This document shows, piece after piece, positions 39,239-49,181 of a stretch of 64,000 nucleotides of DNA; position 1 is the first letter of the stretch, and every line of letters begins with the position of its first letter. The stretch comes from Candidatus Dormiibacterota bacterium. Lineage in GTDB: Bacteria > Chloroflexota > Dormibacteria > Dormibacterales > Dormibacteraceae. The position numbers and the translations under genes are program-made. The notes below the pieces were generated by a model. The model was not told where the DNA came from, searched no databases, and saw only the letters and a program-made list of their open reading frames with translations. The stretch is taken from positions 1,938 through 65,937 of the forward strand of contig DASYVJ010000058.1 of assembly GCA_035937155.1 (NCBI GenBank), given 5' to 3'.

Positions 39239-41658
39239 CGGTGAGAGAAAAGGCGCGCGCCGTCGTCATCGGCGGTGGAGTCGGCGGCGCCGCCATCCTC
39301 TACTGGCTGACGCGCCTCGGCTGGACCGACACGGTTCTCGTCGAGCGCTCGCGCGTCACCAGCGGATCCACGTTTCATTCGGCGGGGCTCGTCGGCCAGC
39401 TTCGCGGCTCGCTCAGCCTGACCCAGATGATGATGAACTCGGTCGACCTCTATCGAGCCCTCGGCAAAGAGGTCGGGCTCGAGACTGGCTGGCATGAAGT
39501 TGGCTCGCTGCGCCTCGCGTCGAGCGAGGAGCGGATGGAGGAGCTGGCGCGCCAGGCGGGCTGGGCGAAGACGTTCGGCCTGCCCCTCGAGCTCGTTTCG
39601 GCCGAAGAAGCGCAGCGCATGTTCCCACCCATGTCGACAGACGGCGTCCTCGGCGGGGCGTTCCTGCCGACCGACGGATATATCGACCCGAGCCAGCTCA
39701 CGTTCGCTCTGGTCGAAGGCGCGCGACGGCGCGGCGCGGAGATCTGCGAAGACACCCGAGTCACCGGGATCGAGGTTCGCGAGGGGCGCGTGCGTCGCGT
39801 GATAACCGACCGCGGCGACATCGATACGGAGCTAGTGGTCAACGCCGGCGGAATGTTCGCTCCGGAAATCGGCCACATGGTCGGCGTCACCGTCCCGCTG
39901 ATCCCGATGGCGCATGAGTACCTGATCACCAAGCCGTCGGGCCTGCCGCTCGACATGCCGACGATGCGCGATCCCTCATTGCTCGTCTACTACCGGCCCG
40001 AGTCGGGCGGGCTGATCATGGGCGGCTACGAGCGGGACCCGGCGCCGTGGGGTCTCGACGGCATCCCGCCCGACTTCAACGGCAGGCTCCTGGAGCCGGA
40101 CTGGGACCGCTTCGAGCCGCTGATGACCAACGCGATCGTTCGCACGCCTTCCATCAAGGACGCGCAGGTTGTCCGCCTGGTCAACGGACCGGAGGCGTTC
40201 ACCCCCGACAACGAGTTCATCCTCGGACCCTCAGAGGTGCGCGGCTTCTGGGTCGCCGCTGGCTTCTGCGCGCACGGCCTGGCCGGCGCGGGTGGAATGG
40301 GCCGGCTGGTCGCGGAGTGGATCGTCGAGGGGCGCCCCGGACTGGATGCTTGGGAGATGGATTCGCGGCGTTTCGGCCGGCACTACATCAGCCGCGAGTA
40401 CACGCTGGCCCGCACGCGCGAGGTGTATTCGACCTACTACGACGTCAAGTACCCGGGGCACGAGCGAAGTGCCGGGCGCCCGCTTCGCGTCTCGCCGATT
40501 TACTCGCGGCTCTCCGAACTGGGTGTGGCCTTCGGTGAGAAGTCGGGTTGGGAACGAGCCAACTGGTTTGAGCCGAACGGGGCTCGCGGCGATGAGTCTC
40601 TGCGGCCTCGCGGGTGGGCCGGTCGCTTGTGGTCGCCCGCAATCGGAGTTGAGCACAGCGCATGCCGCGAGTCGGCCGCGATGTTCGACTTCACGTCGTT
40701 CGCAAAGATCGACATTCGAGGCCGCGGCGCCGCATCGTTTCTCGAGAGCCTCACCGACAATCGCGTCGCCCGCGCCGTCGGCGCGCTCACGTACACACAG
40801 ATGCTAAACGAGGGCGGCGGCATCGAATGCGACTTCACTGTGACGCGGCTAGCCGAGGACCGCTTTCGCGTCATCACAGGCACCGCCTTCGGCCAGCACG
40901 ATCTCTTCTGGATCAGGGACCACGCACCAGACGATGGATCGGTCCAGGTTGAGGACGTCACGTCGGCTTATGCCTGCGTCGGTTTGTGGGGACCCGCCGC
41001 CCGCGACATCCTCCAGCCACTGACTCTGACTCCGATCGGCAATGAAGCCTTTCCGTTCATGACCGCGCAGCAGCTTGCCGTCGGCTCGGTGCCTTGCGTC
41101 GCGCTGCGCGTCACGTACGTGGGCGAGCTGGGATGGGAGCTCTACTGCCCGTCGGACTTCGGCCTGCGGTTGTGGGACACGCTCTGGGAGGCCGGGCAGT
41201 CCAAGGGACTCGTCGCCGGGGGCTACAAAGCGGTCGACTCGCTGCGCTTGGAAAAGGGCTATCGCGTCTGGGGATCTGACATCGGCCCGGAATCCGACCC
41301 GTATCAGAGCGGTCTGGGTTTCTGCGTCAAGCTCGACAAGGGCGAGTTCATCGGTCGCGCGGCGCTGCTGAAGAAAAAGGAAGCGCCGGAGAAGACGAGG
41401 CTCGCGTGTCTCGTGCTCGACGACCCGCGGTCGGTCGCGCTGGGATCGGAGCCAGTGCGGATTGGTGGCGAGGTGGCAGGGCGCGTGACAAGCGGGGGCT
41501 ATGTCTACAAGGTCGAGAAATCCATCGCGTACGCATATGTGCCGGCAGGCGCAGCGGTCGGCACGCCGGTCGAAGTCGAGATCTTCGGAACATGGGTGCC
41601 CGGCGAGATTGCGAAAGACCCGCTCTATGATCCCGCCGGAGAAAAGATCAGGCGCTAG
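39232..41658 (+). CDS. FAD-dependent oxidoreductase fused to a GcvT-like folate-binding domain (dimethylglycine/sarcosine dehydrogenase family)
   Basis: 'ARAVVIGGGVGGAAILYWL' dinucleotide fold. C-terminal aminomethyltransferase-like region ('YVGELGWELYCP', 'GLRLWDTLWEAG'). Confidence 0.9.
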   Translation: MGAVREKARAVVIGGGVGGAAILYWLTRLGWTDTVLVERSRVTSGSTFHSAGLVGQLRGSLSLTQMMMNSVDLYRALGKEVGLETGWHEVGSLRLASSEERMEELARQAGWAKTFGLPLELVSAEEAQRMFPPMSTDGVLGGAFLPTDGYIDPSQLTFALVEGARRRGAEICEDTRVTGIEVREGRVRRVITDRGDIDTELVVNAGGMFAPEIGHMVGVTVPLIPMAHEYLITKPSGLPLDMPTMRDPSLLVYYRPESGGLIMGGYERDPAPWGLDGIPPDFNGRLLEPDWDRFEPLMTNAIVRTPSIKDAQVVRLVNGPEAFTPDNEFILGPSEVRGFWVAAGFCAHGLAGAGGMGRLVAEWIVEGRPGLDAWEMDSRRFGRHYISREYTLARTREVYSTYYDVKYPGHERSAGRPLRVSPIYSRLSELGVAFGEKSGWERANWFEPNGARGDESLRPRGWAGRLWSPAIGVEHSACRESAAMFDFTSFAKIDIRGRGAASFLESLTDNRVARAVGALTYTQMLNEGGGIECDFTVTRLAEDRFRVITGTAFGQHDLFWIRDHAPDDGSVQVEDVTSAYACVGLWGPAARDILQPLTLTPIGNEAFPFMTAQQLAVGSVPCVALRVTYVGELGWELYCPSDFGLRLWDTLWEAGQSKGLVAGGYKAVDSLRLEKGYRVWGSDIGPESDPYQSGLGFCVKLDKGEFIGRAALLKKKEAPEKTRLACLVLDDPRSVALGSEPVRIGGEVAGRVTSGGYVYKVEKSIAYAYVPAGAAVGTPVEVEIFGTWVPGEIAKDPLYDPAGEKIRR

Positions 41659-41684
41659 GAGCTGAAGTTAAGCTGTCGAACAAG

Positions 41685-42710
41685 TTGTCGCAGAACACGA
41701 AGCCCCAAATCGACCACCGTAGGGCGATGAGTCGCATTATTCGCGCATACAGGCAGTCCAGTTGCGTGGCGGTTGCGGTTGAGCTTGGGCTCGCTGAGCG
41801 ACTCGCCGCGGGCCCGCGGAGCGCCGCCGAATTGGCCGCCGAAGCGGGTGCCCATACGCCATCGTTGCGACGTCTCCTGCGCACGCTTGTGGCGATGGGG
41901 GTTGTTGCCGAGGACGGATCGGGTCGTTACTCGGTAACTCCGCTGGGCGAAGAGATGAGGCAAGACCGGTTGGGTCCAACCGCGCGGTTCTTCAACGCAG
42001 AACATCACTTGCAATCCTGGATGCACCTCGACCACTCGATCAGGACCGGGGAGCGCGCCTTCGACCACGTCTACGGAATGCGGAACTGGGATTACTACGC
42101 GAAGCATCCTACGGAGGCGGCCATTTTCGATGGCGCGATGTCGTCGATCACCGGCCCTGTATCAAAGGCCGTCGCGGCGGCATATGACTTCTCGCAGTTT
42201 CCGTTGATCGCAGACCTCGGCGGTGGCGACGGCACGCTGCTGACCGAGATCCTGCATCGGTATCCATCAGTGAGAGGGTTGCTCTTCGACCTTCCAAATG
42301 TCGTCGAGCGTGCGAGGAAGAAACTGGCCGCCTCTAATGTCATGGATCGGTGCGAGCTTGTCTGCGGCAGCTTCCTCGAGAAGATTCCTGCAGGCGCAAG
42401 CCTCTACATGATGAAAACGATCATTCACGACTGGGAAGAGCCTGCGGTCGGCACGATCCTCGAGCGCTGCAGGGCAGCGGTGGGTGACTCGGGCGCTCCC
42501 CTTCTGTTGATCGAGCGTGTGCTGCCAGAGAGAATCGGTCCCGAAGATATGGACGACCTCCTCGCTGACCTCGACATGCTGGCGAATCCCGGCGGACAGG
42601 AGCGCACCGAATCCGAATACACCGGCCTTCTGGAGCGCGCCGGCTTCAGGCTCGAGAGGATCTTCCCGACCCCCACTCCATTCAAGATCGTGGAGTCGCA
42701 CCCGGTCTAG
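41685..42710 (+). CDS. SAM-dependent O-methyltransferase (Methyltransf_2 type with N-terminal dimerisation domain)
   Basis: 'LIADLGGGDGTLLTEILHRYPSVRGLLFDLPNVV' and 'YMMKTIIHDW'. Confidence 0.85.
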   Translation: MSQNTKPQIDHRRAMSRIIRAYRQSSCVAVAVELGLAERLAAGPRSAAELAAEAGAHTPSLRRLLRTLVAMGVVAEDGSGRYSVTPLGEEMRQDRLGPTARFFNAEHHLQSWMHLDHSIRTGERAFDHVYGMRNWDYYAKHPTEAAIFDGAMSSITGPVSKAVAAAYDFSQFPLIADLGGGDGTLLTEILHRYPSVRGLLFDLPNVVERARKKLAASNVMDRCELVCGSFLEKIPAGASLYMMKTIIHDWEEPAVGTILERCRAAVGDSGAPLLLIERVLPERIGPEDMDDLLADLDMLANPGGQERTESEYTGLLERAGFRLERIFPTPTPFKIVESHPV

Positions 42711-42775
42711 TCCAACCATGCGACCGCATGTGAAGAGCGCTGGCAAGAGTTCGCCGTTCAGTCAGAATCCCGGGG

Positions 42776-44572
42776 GTGATCTCCAGCGCAGAGCGCGCGC
42801 TTCGCGAAGTCTTCGGCCTCGACGAATTCCGCCCTGGCCAAGCAGAAGTCGTCGCGGCAATGCTCGCAGGACGCGACGTGCTTTCGGTCGCGCCCACGGG
42901 ATCCGGAAAGAGCATCAGCTACTGGGTGCCGGCTGTCGTCGAAGGCGGTCTGACGATGGTGGTCTCGCCGCTCATCGCGCTCATGAAGGACCAGGTCGAC
43001 CGCCTCACCGAGCGAGGTGTCGCCGCAACGTTCATCAACTCGTCGGTGGAGCGCTCAGAACAAGTCGATCGGCTCCGCAGAGCAATCGCCGGCGAATACC
43101 GGCTGCTGTTCCTGGCGCCCGAGCGACTTGGGCGTCCAGGGTTCATGGACCGGCTGGCGGAGCTGCGCGTTCGCCGGGTGGTCGTCGACGAGGCGCACTG
43201 CATCTCCACCTGGGGACATGACTTCCGGCCCGATTACCGTCTTCTGGCTGCGGCGATCGCGGCCTGCGGACGGCCACCGGTGGCGGGGTTCACAGCGACA
43301 GCGACGCCGCAGGTTCGAGCAGACATCGCAAGCTCGCTTGACCTCAAAGATCCTTTCATCTCGGTCACCGGATTCCACCGGCCGACGTTGACACTCTCGG
43401 TGGTTCGATGCCGGGGCGAGCGCGCCAAGCGCGAGGAGCTGCGCCATCTGCTCCCAGGCCCGACCCAGCAGGCGCTCATCTATGTGGGCACGGTCAGGGC
43501 AGCCGAAGAGGTGGCCGCCGACCTAGGCGTCGCTTGCTACCACGGACGTCAAGAGGCCTCGCAGCGCCGCCGCATTCAGGAGGACTTCACAGAAGGACGG
43601 ACCAAGATTGTGGTCGCCACCTCGGCATTCGGCATGGGCGTGGACATAGCCGGCATCAGGCGCGTGATCCACTACGACCTACCGGGCAGCGTGGAGGCGT
43701 ACTACCAGGAAGCCGGCCGCGCAGGACGCGACGGACAGGCGGCAGAATGCACGCTTCTCTACAGCCCGGCGGACCGCGACCTGCAGGCCTTCTTCATCGA
43801 GCAGTCAGGCCTCGAGGACGGCTCGCCGCTGAAGGACCACGCGTACGCGCGGCTCGCCCAGATGATGGCCTACGCCGAGATGCGCGATTGCCGGCACGCG
43901 CGGATCGCGGATTACTTCGGCGAGAAGGATGTGCCCCGGCACTGCGGCGCCTGCGACAACTGCCTCGCCGCGCGGCCGCCGGAGGAGCCGGTGCCGGTCG
44001 ACGCGGTGCGCGCCGGGCTCGCGGCAATGGCACGATTCAGCGGACGGGTCGGACTTGCCAACGTGGCCGCGGTGCTCGGCGGCCGGCGGACAAAATGGTC
44101 CGCCGCCCAAGCATGGGTGCAAGAGCTTGCGTTCCACGGAGCGCTGAGCAAATGGAGCGATGCGCGTGTCAGGCAGCTCCTCGCCGAGCTGGTGGGTGCC
44201 GGCTTCGCCCGCCAGAGCTCGGGGGAGTACCCCGTGGTCGAGCTCACGCCAGAGGGCCGCGAAGCCGTGACGCGCGGGACGCCGCCACCGCTCACGCTGC
44301 CGGCCGAGGCAGCAAGTCTGAGGAGCCGTGCAGCGAACGGCGCCGATGTGCCGGTCGAGATGATGGACCGCCTGCGGCAGTGGCGCCTGGAAACCGCCCG
44401 CGCCGCAAGCGTTCCTGCGTACGTTGTGTTCCACGACTCGACACTTGCCGCAATCGCCGTGGCACGACCCACGAATCTGGCCGACCTGCTGCGCGTGCCT
44501 GGCGTGGGCGATTCGAAGCTACGTAAGTACGGCGAAGAGGTGCTGGAGGTGATTCGAACGACCACGCCGTGA
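42776..44572 (+). CDS. recQ: RecQ-family ATP-dependent DNA helicase
   Basis: 'FRPGQAEVVAAML', 'APTGSGKS', 'VVVDEAHCISTWGHDFRPDY', Zn module 'CRHARIADYFGE...HCGACDNC', C-terminal HRDC-like 'VFHDSTLAAIAVARPTNLADLLRVPGVGDSKLRKYG'. Confidence 0.9.
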   Translation: MISSAERALREVFGLDEFRPGQAEVVAAMLAGRDVLSVAPTGSGKSISYWVPAVVEGGLTMVVSPLIALMKDQVDRLTERGVAATFINSSVERSEQVDRLRRAIAGEYRLLFLAPERLGRPGFMDRLAELRVRRVVVDEAHCISTWGHDFRPDYRLLAAAIAACGRPPVAGFTATATPQVRADIASSLDLKDPFISVTGFHRPTLTLSVVRCRGERAKREELRHLLPGPTQQALIYVGTVRAAEEVAADLGVACYHGRQEASQRRRIQEDFTEGRTKIVVATSAFGMGVDIAGIRRVIHYDLPGSVEAYYQEAGRAGRDGQAAECTLLYSPADRDLQAFFIEQSGLEDGSPLKDHAYARLAQMMAYAEMRDCRHARIADYFGEKDVPRHCGACDNCLAARPPEEPVPVDAVRAGLAAMARFSGRVGLANVAAVLGGRRTKWSAAQAWVQELAFHGALSKWSDARVRQLLAELVGAGFARQSSGEYPVVELTPEGREAVTRGTPPPLTLPAEAASLRSRAANGADVPVEMMDRLRQWRLETARAASVPAYVVFHDSTLAAIAVARPTNLADLLRVPGVGDSKLRKYGEEVLEVIRTTTP

Positions 44573-44607
44573 TTCGACGCGGCGGAATCCCGTGCTAAAG
44601 CGCGCCC

Positions 44608-45513
44608 TCAGGCTCTCGGACGAAGGGCCCGCCCCAGCATCTCTATGAAGCGCGACAGCGTGGTTCCATCCTCAGCACCATGCAGCGGATTGAGCTCGGT
44701 GATGGTGAGCGCCCGGAAGCGCGGATCCTTGACGAGAGTCGTGAGAACCTGCTCGGCGTTGTCTAGAGAGATGCCGACGTTTCGTCCCGTGTTTTCCGAG
44801 AGCGGGGCATCGATGAAGTCGATGACGTCCACGTCAAAGTGGATCAAGAGCCTTGTTTGTTCAGACCTCTGAAATGGCAGCGCCGATACGGCCGCGGCTG
44901 TTGGATCAGAGATGACCTCTGCCGCGCTTATGGTCGTGATGCCGTAACGGTCGATGCACCGGCGCTCCCAATCGGTGCTTTGACTCGCCTCGTATCCAAG
45001 GAAGACCAACTGATCCGGCCTTATCAATGGATGTCTGGTACCCACGTTGCACAGCTCGGGCAACGCCTTGGGGTCGCCAAGCGCATGTGCCACTCCCATC
45101 CAGTCGAGCGCGCCATCGATCGTGCTCTCGGGGACGTTGAGATCCGCGTGCATGTCGAAGTAGACGAGTAACACGTCCTCGTCGACGGCGTACGCAGCCA
45201 GCGTGCCGAGGCCCACCGTGCAGTCGCCTCCGAGCACAAGAACAGCCTTTTGAGTACGGACTTCCGGGCCTATGCTTTGGGCTGTGTTCCGTACGTAGCC
45301 GACGACGGTATCGAGGTTCTGGGCGAAGCGATGACCGCGATCCGGACGCCAACGCCAGACAGGCAAATCGCCGAGGTCATGGACCTCCCAGCCCGCTGAT
45401 CCCAAAGTCGACAGGAGCCCATGCTTCCTCAGCGCCTCGGGCGCAAGCTCCTGACCTGGCGCATACGCGCCTGCACTGCTTGGGACTCCTAACACGGCAA
45501 GCTCTCTGGTCAC
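44608..45513 (-). CDS. ureohydrolase (arginase/agmatinase/formiminoglutamase) family protein with a non-canonical GGDC motif
   Basis: GTG 45513 overlaps the upstream stop (GTGA). Motifs 'LGGDCTVG' (canonical GGDH), 'YFDMHADLN' and 'HFDVDVIDF'. Confidence 0.8.
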   Translation of the reverse strand: MTRELAVLGVPSSAGAYAPGQELAPEALRKHGLLSTLGSAGWEVHDLGDLPVWRWRPDRGHRFAQNLDTVVGYVRNTAQSIGPEVRTQKAVLVLGGDCTVGLGTLAAYAVDEDVLLVYFDMHADLNVPESTIDGALDWMGVAHALGDPKALPELCNVGTRHPLIRPDQLVFLGYEASQSTDWERRCIDRYGITTISAAEVISDPTAAAVSALPFQRSEQTRLLIHFDVDVIDFIDAPLSENTGRNVGISLDNAEQVLTTLVKDPRFRALTITELNPLHGAEDGTTLSRFIEMLGRALRPRA

Positions 45514-46496
45514 CGAGCTGTCCTTAGATAGTCGACGAACTGACGGTCCGATGATGTCTGCTCCATGCGCGCGAAGTGCTTTGACGCGTAACCCTTGAAA
45601 TCGAAGTCCAGCTCCGAGATCCCGCTCTGCAGCACCCCCCACATCGCCTCGCGAAAGTCGGACATGAAGCGCATCAACCGCAGGGCGGCCAGGTCCGAGT
45701 CGCGCTCGACACCGAAGTAAGCGGCTAGCAATCGCCGGTCGTCGTCGACCTCGAACTCGTGGTTCACCGAGAAGTTGGCCAGGTCGAAGAACCGATCGCC
45801 CATCCCCGCGTACTCCCAATCAACGATGCGGATCGCCCCGTCGTCCAGAAAGTTTGCGTTCAGCAGGTCGTTGTGACAAGGCACGAGGGGCTGCGGGCCG
45901 CGAGCTGCGCGGATCCGCTCTGACACCTCACGCGCGGCGATGAACTCCTTCGGGAGCTCGACGCCATGCGCTTCAGCCTCACCCCGATACTCGTCAACCA
46001 CCGTGTAGGCATCAAATCGACCCGGAATGGCGGCCGCAGAGTGGATCTTGCGCAGCGCCTCCGCCACGCGCGGCAGCACCGATGCGCTCCGCATCTCTTC
46101 AAGACCAATCGGCCGGCCGTCAATGAAGCGCGTGACCAGCCAGCCCTCCGACTCGACGAAATCCACCACCCCGGGCCCGACGCCGATCTCCTCCGCCCTC
46201 AGGCTCGCCGCGTGCTCGACGGCCCGGTCGATGCCCAGCAGGTCGGTCTTCTTGCCGCCCATCCTGAGGACGTAGGCGGCCCCGTCCACCTCAACTTTGA
46301 AGTTGCGATTGGTGATGCCGCCGTCCAGTGGCACCACGCGCGAGCGGCGTCCCGGCCAGAGCCGATCGACAGCAGCCGCCGCGCCTTCCACAGTGCCGGA
46401 TCGTATCTGCTTGAATGGCCCCGTGAAGGTCGAGAAGCCGGCGCTTGACGCAGAGCTGACCGAGCTTCGCTCCAAGTACGTCCCTCGGGGCATCAC
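45510..46496 (-). CDS. choline/ethanolamine-kinase-like phosphotransferase (APH family)
   Basis: 'PCHNDLLNANFL' (Brenner motif) and 'IVDWEYAGMGDRFFDLANF'. The start is uncertain; GTG 46391 is an alternative. Confidence 0.8.
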   Translation of the reverse strand: MMPRGTYLERSSVSSASSAGFSTFTGPFKQIRSGTVEGAAAAVDRLWPGRRSRVVPLDGGITNRNFKVEVDGAAYVLRMGGKKTDLLGIDRAVEHAASLRAEEIGVGPGVVDFVESEGWLVTRFIDGRPIGLEEMRSASVLPRVAEALRKIHSAAAIPGRFDAYTVVDEYRGEAEAHGVELPKEFIAAREVSERIRAARGPQPLVPCHNDLLNANFLDDGAIRIVDWEYAGMGDRFFDLANFSVNHEFEVDDDRRLLAAYFGVERDSDLAALRLMRFMSDFREAMWGVLQSGISELDFDFKGYASKHFARMEQTSSDRQFVDYLRTAR

Positions 46497-47739
46497 CTCC
46501 GCTCACCCGCTGGTCGCCGACCGAGCCAAAGGCTCCGAACTCTGGGACGTCAACGGGCGCCGCTACGTCGACTTCGCCGGCGGGATCGGCGTGATGAACG
46601 TCGGCCACGGTCACCCGCGCGTCATGGACGCAGTCCGGGCCCAGCTCGAACGTGCCACCCACACCTCTTTCCAGGTGGTGATGTACGAGTCGTACCTGCG
46701 CCTAGCCGAGCGTCTTTGCGAGGTCGCGCCGCTCGAGGGACCGAAGAAAGCGATCTTTTTCAGCACCGGGGCGGAGGCTGTTGAAAACGCGGTCAAGATC
46801 GCCCGCGCCTACACCGGTCGGCCGGCGGTGATCAGCTTCCAGGGCAGCTTCCACGGGCGGACGCTACTCACGCTCAGCCTCACCGGGTCGGTGAGCCCTT
46901 ACAAGCAGAACTTCGGCCCCTACGCGACCGAGATCTACCAGTCACCGTTCCCCTACGAGTACCGCGGCTGGGACACCGAGCGGGCGCTCGCCTCGCTGGA
47001 GAACCTGTTCGAGTCCGAGGTGTCGCCGAAGCGCGTCGCAGCCGTGATCATCGAGCCAGTCCTCGGCGAAGGCGGGTTCGTGCCGGCTCCCACCGACTTC
47101 CTGCGCCGCCTGCGTGAGCTGACCAAACGCCACGACATCCTCTTGATCGCCGACGAGATACAGAGCGGGTTCGGACGCACCGGCAAGTTCTTTGCCATCG
47201 AGCACTCCGGGGTCCAGCCCGACCTCGTCACAGTCGCCAAGAGCCTGGCGGCTGGATTTCCACTATCCGGCGTCGTCGGTCGAGCCGACGTGATGGACGC
47301 ACCCGAGCCGGGCGGTCTGGGCGGCACGTATGGCGGCAACCCCATCGCGTGCGCGGCCGGCCTAGGCGTGATGGACGTGATGCGCGATGAGAAGCTGCCC
47401 GAACGCGCAGCCCGGATCGGCTCCATCATCGAGGAGCGCATGCAGAGCTGGGCCGCCGAGCACGACATCGTTGGCGACGTTCGAGTCGTGGGCGCGATGG
47501 CAGGTATGGAGCTGGTGCGCGACCGCGCCACGAAAGAGCCGGCAGACAAGGAGACGGCGAAGGTTCTCGCGGTCGCACGCGAGAAGGGCTTGATCGTGCT
47601 GCGGGCCGGCACGCACCACAACGTGATCCGGACGCTGATGCCGTTGACCATTCCCGACGAGCAGCTCCACGAAGGGCTGGACATGCTGGGCTCGGCCCTG
47701 GCCGAGGTCGCGGAAGTTCCCGGAAGGAGGGAGACATGA
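46423..47739 (+). CDS. gabT: 4-aminobutyrate aminotransferase (class III PLP aminotransferase)
   Basis: '[24 protein letters not shown]', PLP-lysine context '[17 protein letters not shown]'. GTG 46423 was chosen; TTG 46411 is also in frame. Confidence 0.9.
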   Translation: MKVEKPALDAELTELRSKYVPRGITSAHPLVADRAKGSELWDVNGRRYVDFAGGIGVMNVGHGHPRVMDAVRAQLERATHTSFQVVMYESYLRLAERLCEVAPLEGPKKAIFFSTGAEAVENAVKIARAYTGRPAVISFQGSFHGRTLLTLSLTGSVSPYKQNFGPYATEIYQSPFPYEYRGWDTERALASLENLFESEVSPKRVAAVIIEPVLGEGGFVPAPTDFLRRLRELTKRHDILLIADEIQSGFGRTGKFFAIEHSGVQPDLVTVAKSLAAGFPLSGVVGRADVMDAPEPGGLGGTYGGNPIACAAGLGVMDVMRDEKLPERAARIGSIIEERMQSWAAEHDIVGDVRVVGAMAGMELVRDRATKEPADKETAKVLAVAREKGLIVLRAGTHHNVIRTLMPLTIPDEQLHEGLDMLGSALAEVAEVPGRRET

Positions 47740-49181
47740 GCACCACCCTGAAGCGCCGCGAGATGTTCATCGGAGGCAAGTGGGTTACCGGGACCGGGCA
47801 TGACTACCAGGAAGTGATCAACCCAGCTACCGGCGAGGTGATCGCCGAGGTGCCGAAGGGGACCGCGGAAGACGTCAACCTTGCCGTCAGGGCGGCCCGC
47901 AACGCCTTCGAGGATGTTTGGTTTGACACCACGCCTCGCGACCGCAGCGAGATGCTGCTCCAGCTCGCGGATGTCGTGATGCTTCACGCGGAGGAGCTTG
48001 CACGCATCGAATCCGAGAACGTCGGCAAGCCGCTGGCAGCGACCCTCTCGGAGGAGCTCCCGCCCATCGCCGACTGCTTTCGGTTTTTCGCCGGCGCGGC
48101 GCGGCTGCTCGAAGGCCGGGCCACGGGCGAGTACATGAAGGGCTTCACGAGCATGCTGCGACGGGAGCCGCTTGGAGTCGTGGGCTCGATCGCGCCGTGG
48201 AACTATCCGTTGATGATGGCGGCCTGGAAGTTGGGCCCGGCGCTGGCGGCCGGGAACACGGTCGTCTTGAAGCCATCCGAATGGACGCCACTGACAGCGC
48301 TACGCCTGGCCGAGTTGGCCGAGGGCATCTTTCCGCCTGGCGTGCTCAACGTCATCACGGGTGACGGCGAACCGGTCGGCGCCGGCATCGTTCGACACCC
48401 AGGCGTCGCGATGGTCTCACTTACCGGCGACGTCAACACCGGCAAGATAATTGCCCGTGACGCTGCCTCGACGCTCAAGCGCGTGCACCTCGAGCTTGGC
48501 GGCAAAGCACCCGTGATCGTGTTCGACGACGCTGACCTAAATGCGGTCGTCGAGGGGATCAAGATCGGCGGTTTCTTCAACGCGGGGCAGGACTGCACGG
48601 CCGCTACCCGGATCATCGCGGGGCCGCGCATCCACGACAAGCTGGTCAAGGACCTGGTGCCCGCAATCGAGTCACTGAAGGTCGGCGACCCAGCCGCAGC
48701 TGACACCGACATGGGACCGCTCGTTTCGGAGGAGCAGCTCGAGCGCGTCTCCGGCTTCGTCGAGCGCGCTCGTATGGCCGGCTCCGAGATCGCGACCGGT
48801 GGCGCGCGGATCAAGCGCCCCGGCTGGTGGTACGAGCCGACCATCGTCCTGCCGCCGGGCCCCGATGCGGAGATCGTGAACCGCGAGGTATTCGGTCCCG
48901 TGGTCACGATCCAGCGGTTCAGCGACGAGGACCAGGCCCTGGAGTGGGCGAATTCTGTCGACTACGGCCTCGCCGCCTCCGTGTGGACCCGCGACGTCGG
49001 CCGCGCCCTCCGCATGGCTCGGCGTCTCCAGTTCGGCACCGTGTGGATCAACACGCACATCCCGCTGGTCAACGAGATGCCTCACGGCGGTTACAAGCAG
49101 AGCGGTTATGGCAAGGACATGTCGATCTACTCGCTCGAGGAATACACGCAGATCAAGCACGTGATGGCGTCCCTCGACTGA
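47736..49181 (+). CDS. NAD-dependent aldehyde dehydrogenase (aminobutyraldehyde/succinate-semialdehyde type)
   Basis: 'ELGGKAP', catalytic Cys context '[13 protein letters not shown]'. ATGA overlap with gabT. Confidence 0.9.
   Translation: MSTTLKRREMFIGGKWVTGTGHDYQEVINPATGEVIAEVPKGTAEDVNLAVRAARNAFEDVWFDTTPRDRSEMLLQLADVVMLHAEELARIESENVGKPLAATLSEELPPIADCFRFFAGAARLLEGRATGEYMKGFTSMLRREPLGVVGSIAPWNYPLMMAAWKLGPALAAGNTVVLKPSEWTPLTALRLAELAEGIFPPGVLNVITGDGEPVGAGIVRHPGVAMVSLTGDVNTGKIIARDAASTLKRVHLELGGKAPVIVFDDADLNAVVEGIKIGGFFNAGQDCTAATRIIAGPRIHDKLVKDLVPAIESLKVGDPAAADTDMGPLVSEEQLERVSGFVERARMAGSEIATGGARIKRPGWWYEPTIVLPPGPDAEIVNREVFGPVVTIQRFSDEDQALEWANSVDYGLAASVWTRDVGRALRMARRLQFGTVWINTHIPLVNEMPHGGYKQSGYGKDMSIYSLEEYTQIKHVMASLD

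Noticed and set aside
43408-44526. 372-aa ORF overlapping recQ, and similar long ORFs inside gabT (46953-47987, minus), the acylase gene (33500-34480) and the helicase gene (25639-26748)
   Set aside because: These are alternative-frame or antisense shadows with Arg/Pro-dominated composition inside genes with unambiguous motif support.
48827-49177. Long N-terminal extension of the PotA-like ORF back into the ALDH gene
   Set aside because: The extension is an out-of-frame overlap with the strongly supported ALDH C-terminus. It has shadow-type composition, and ABC ATPases start ~10-15 residues before the beta-strand 'L.L.gi.K.yG'.
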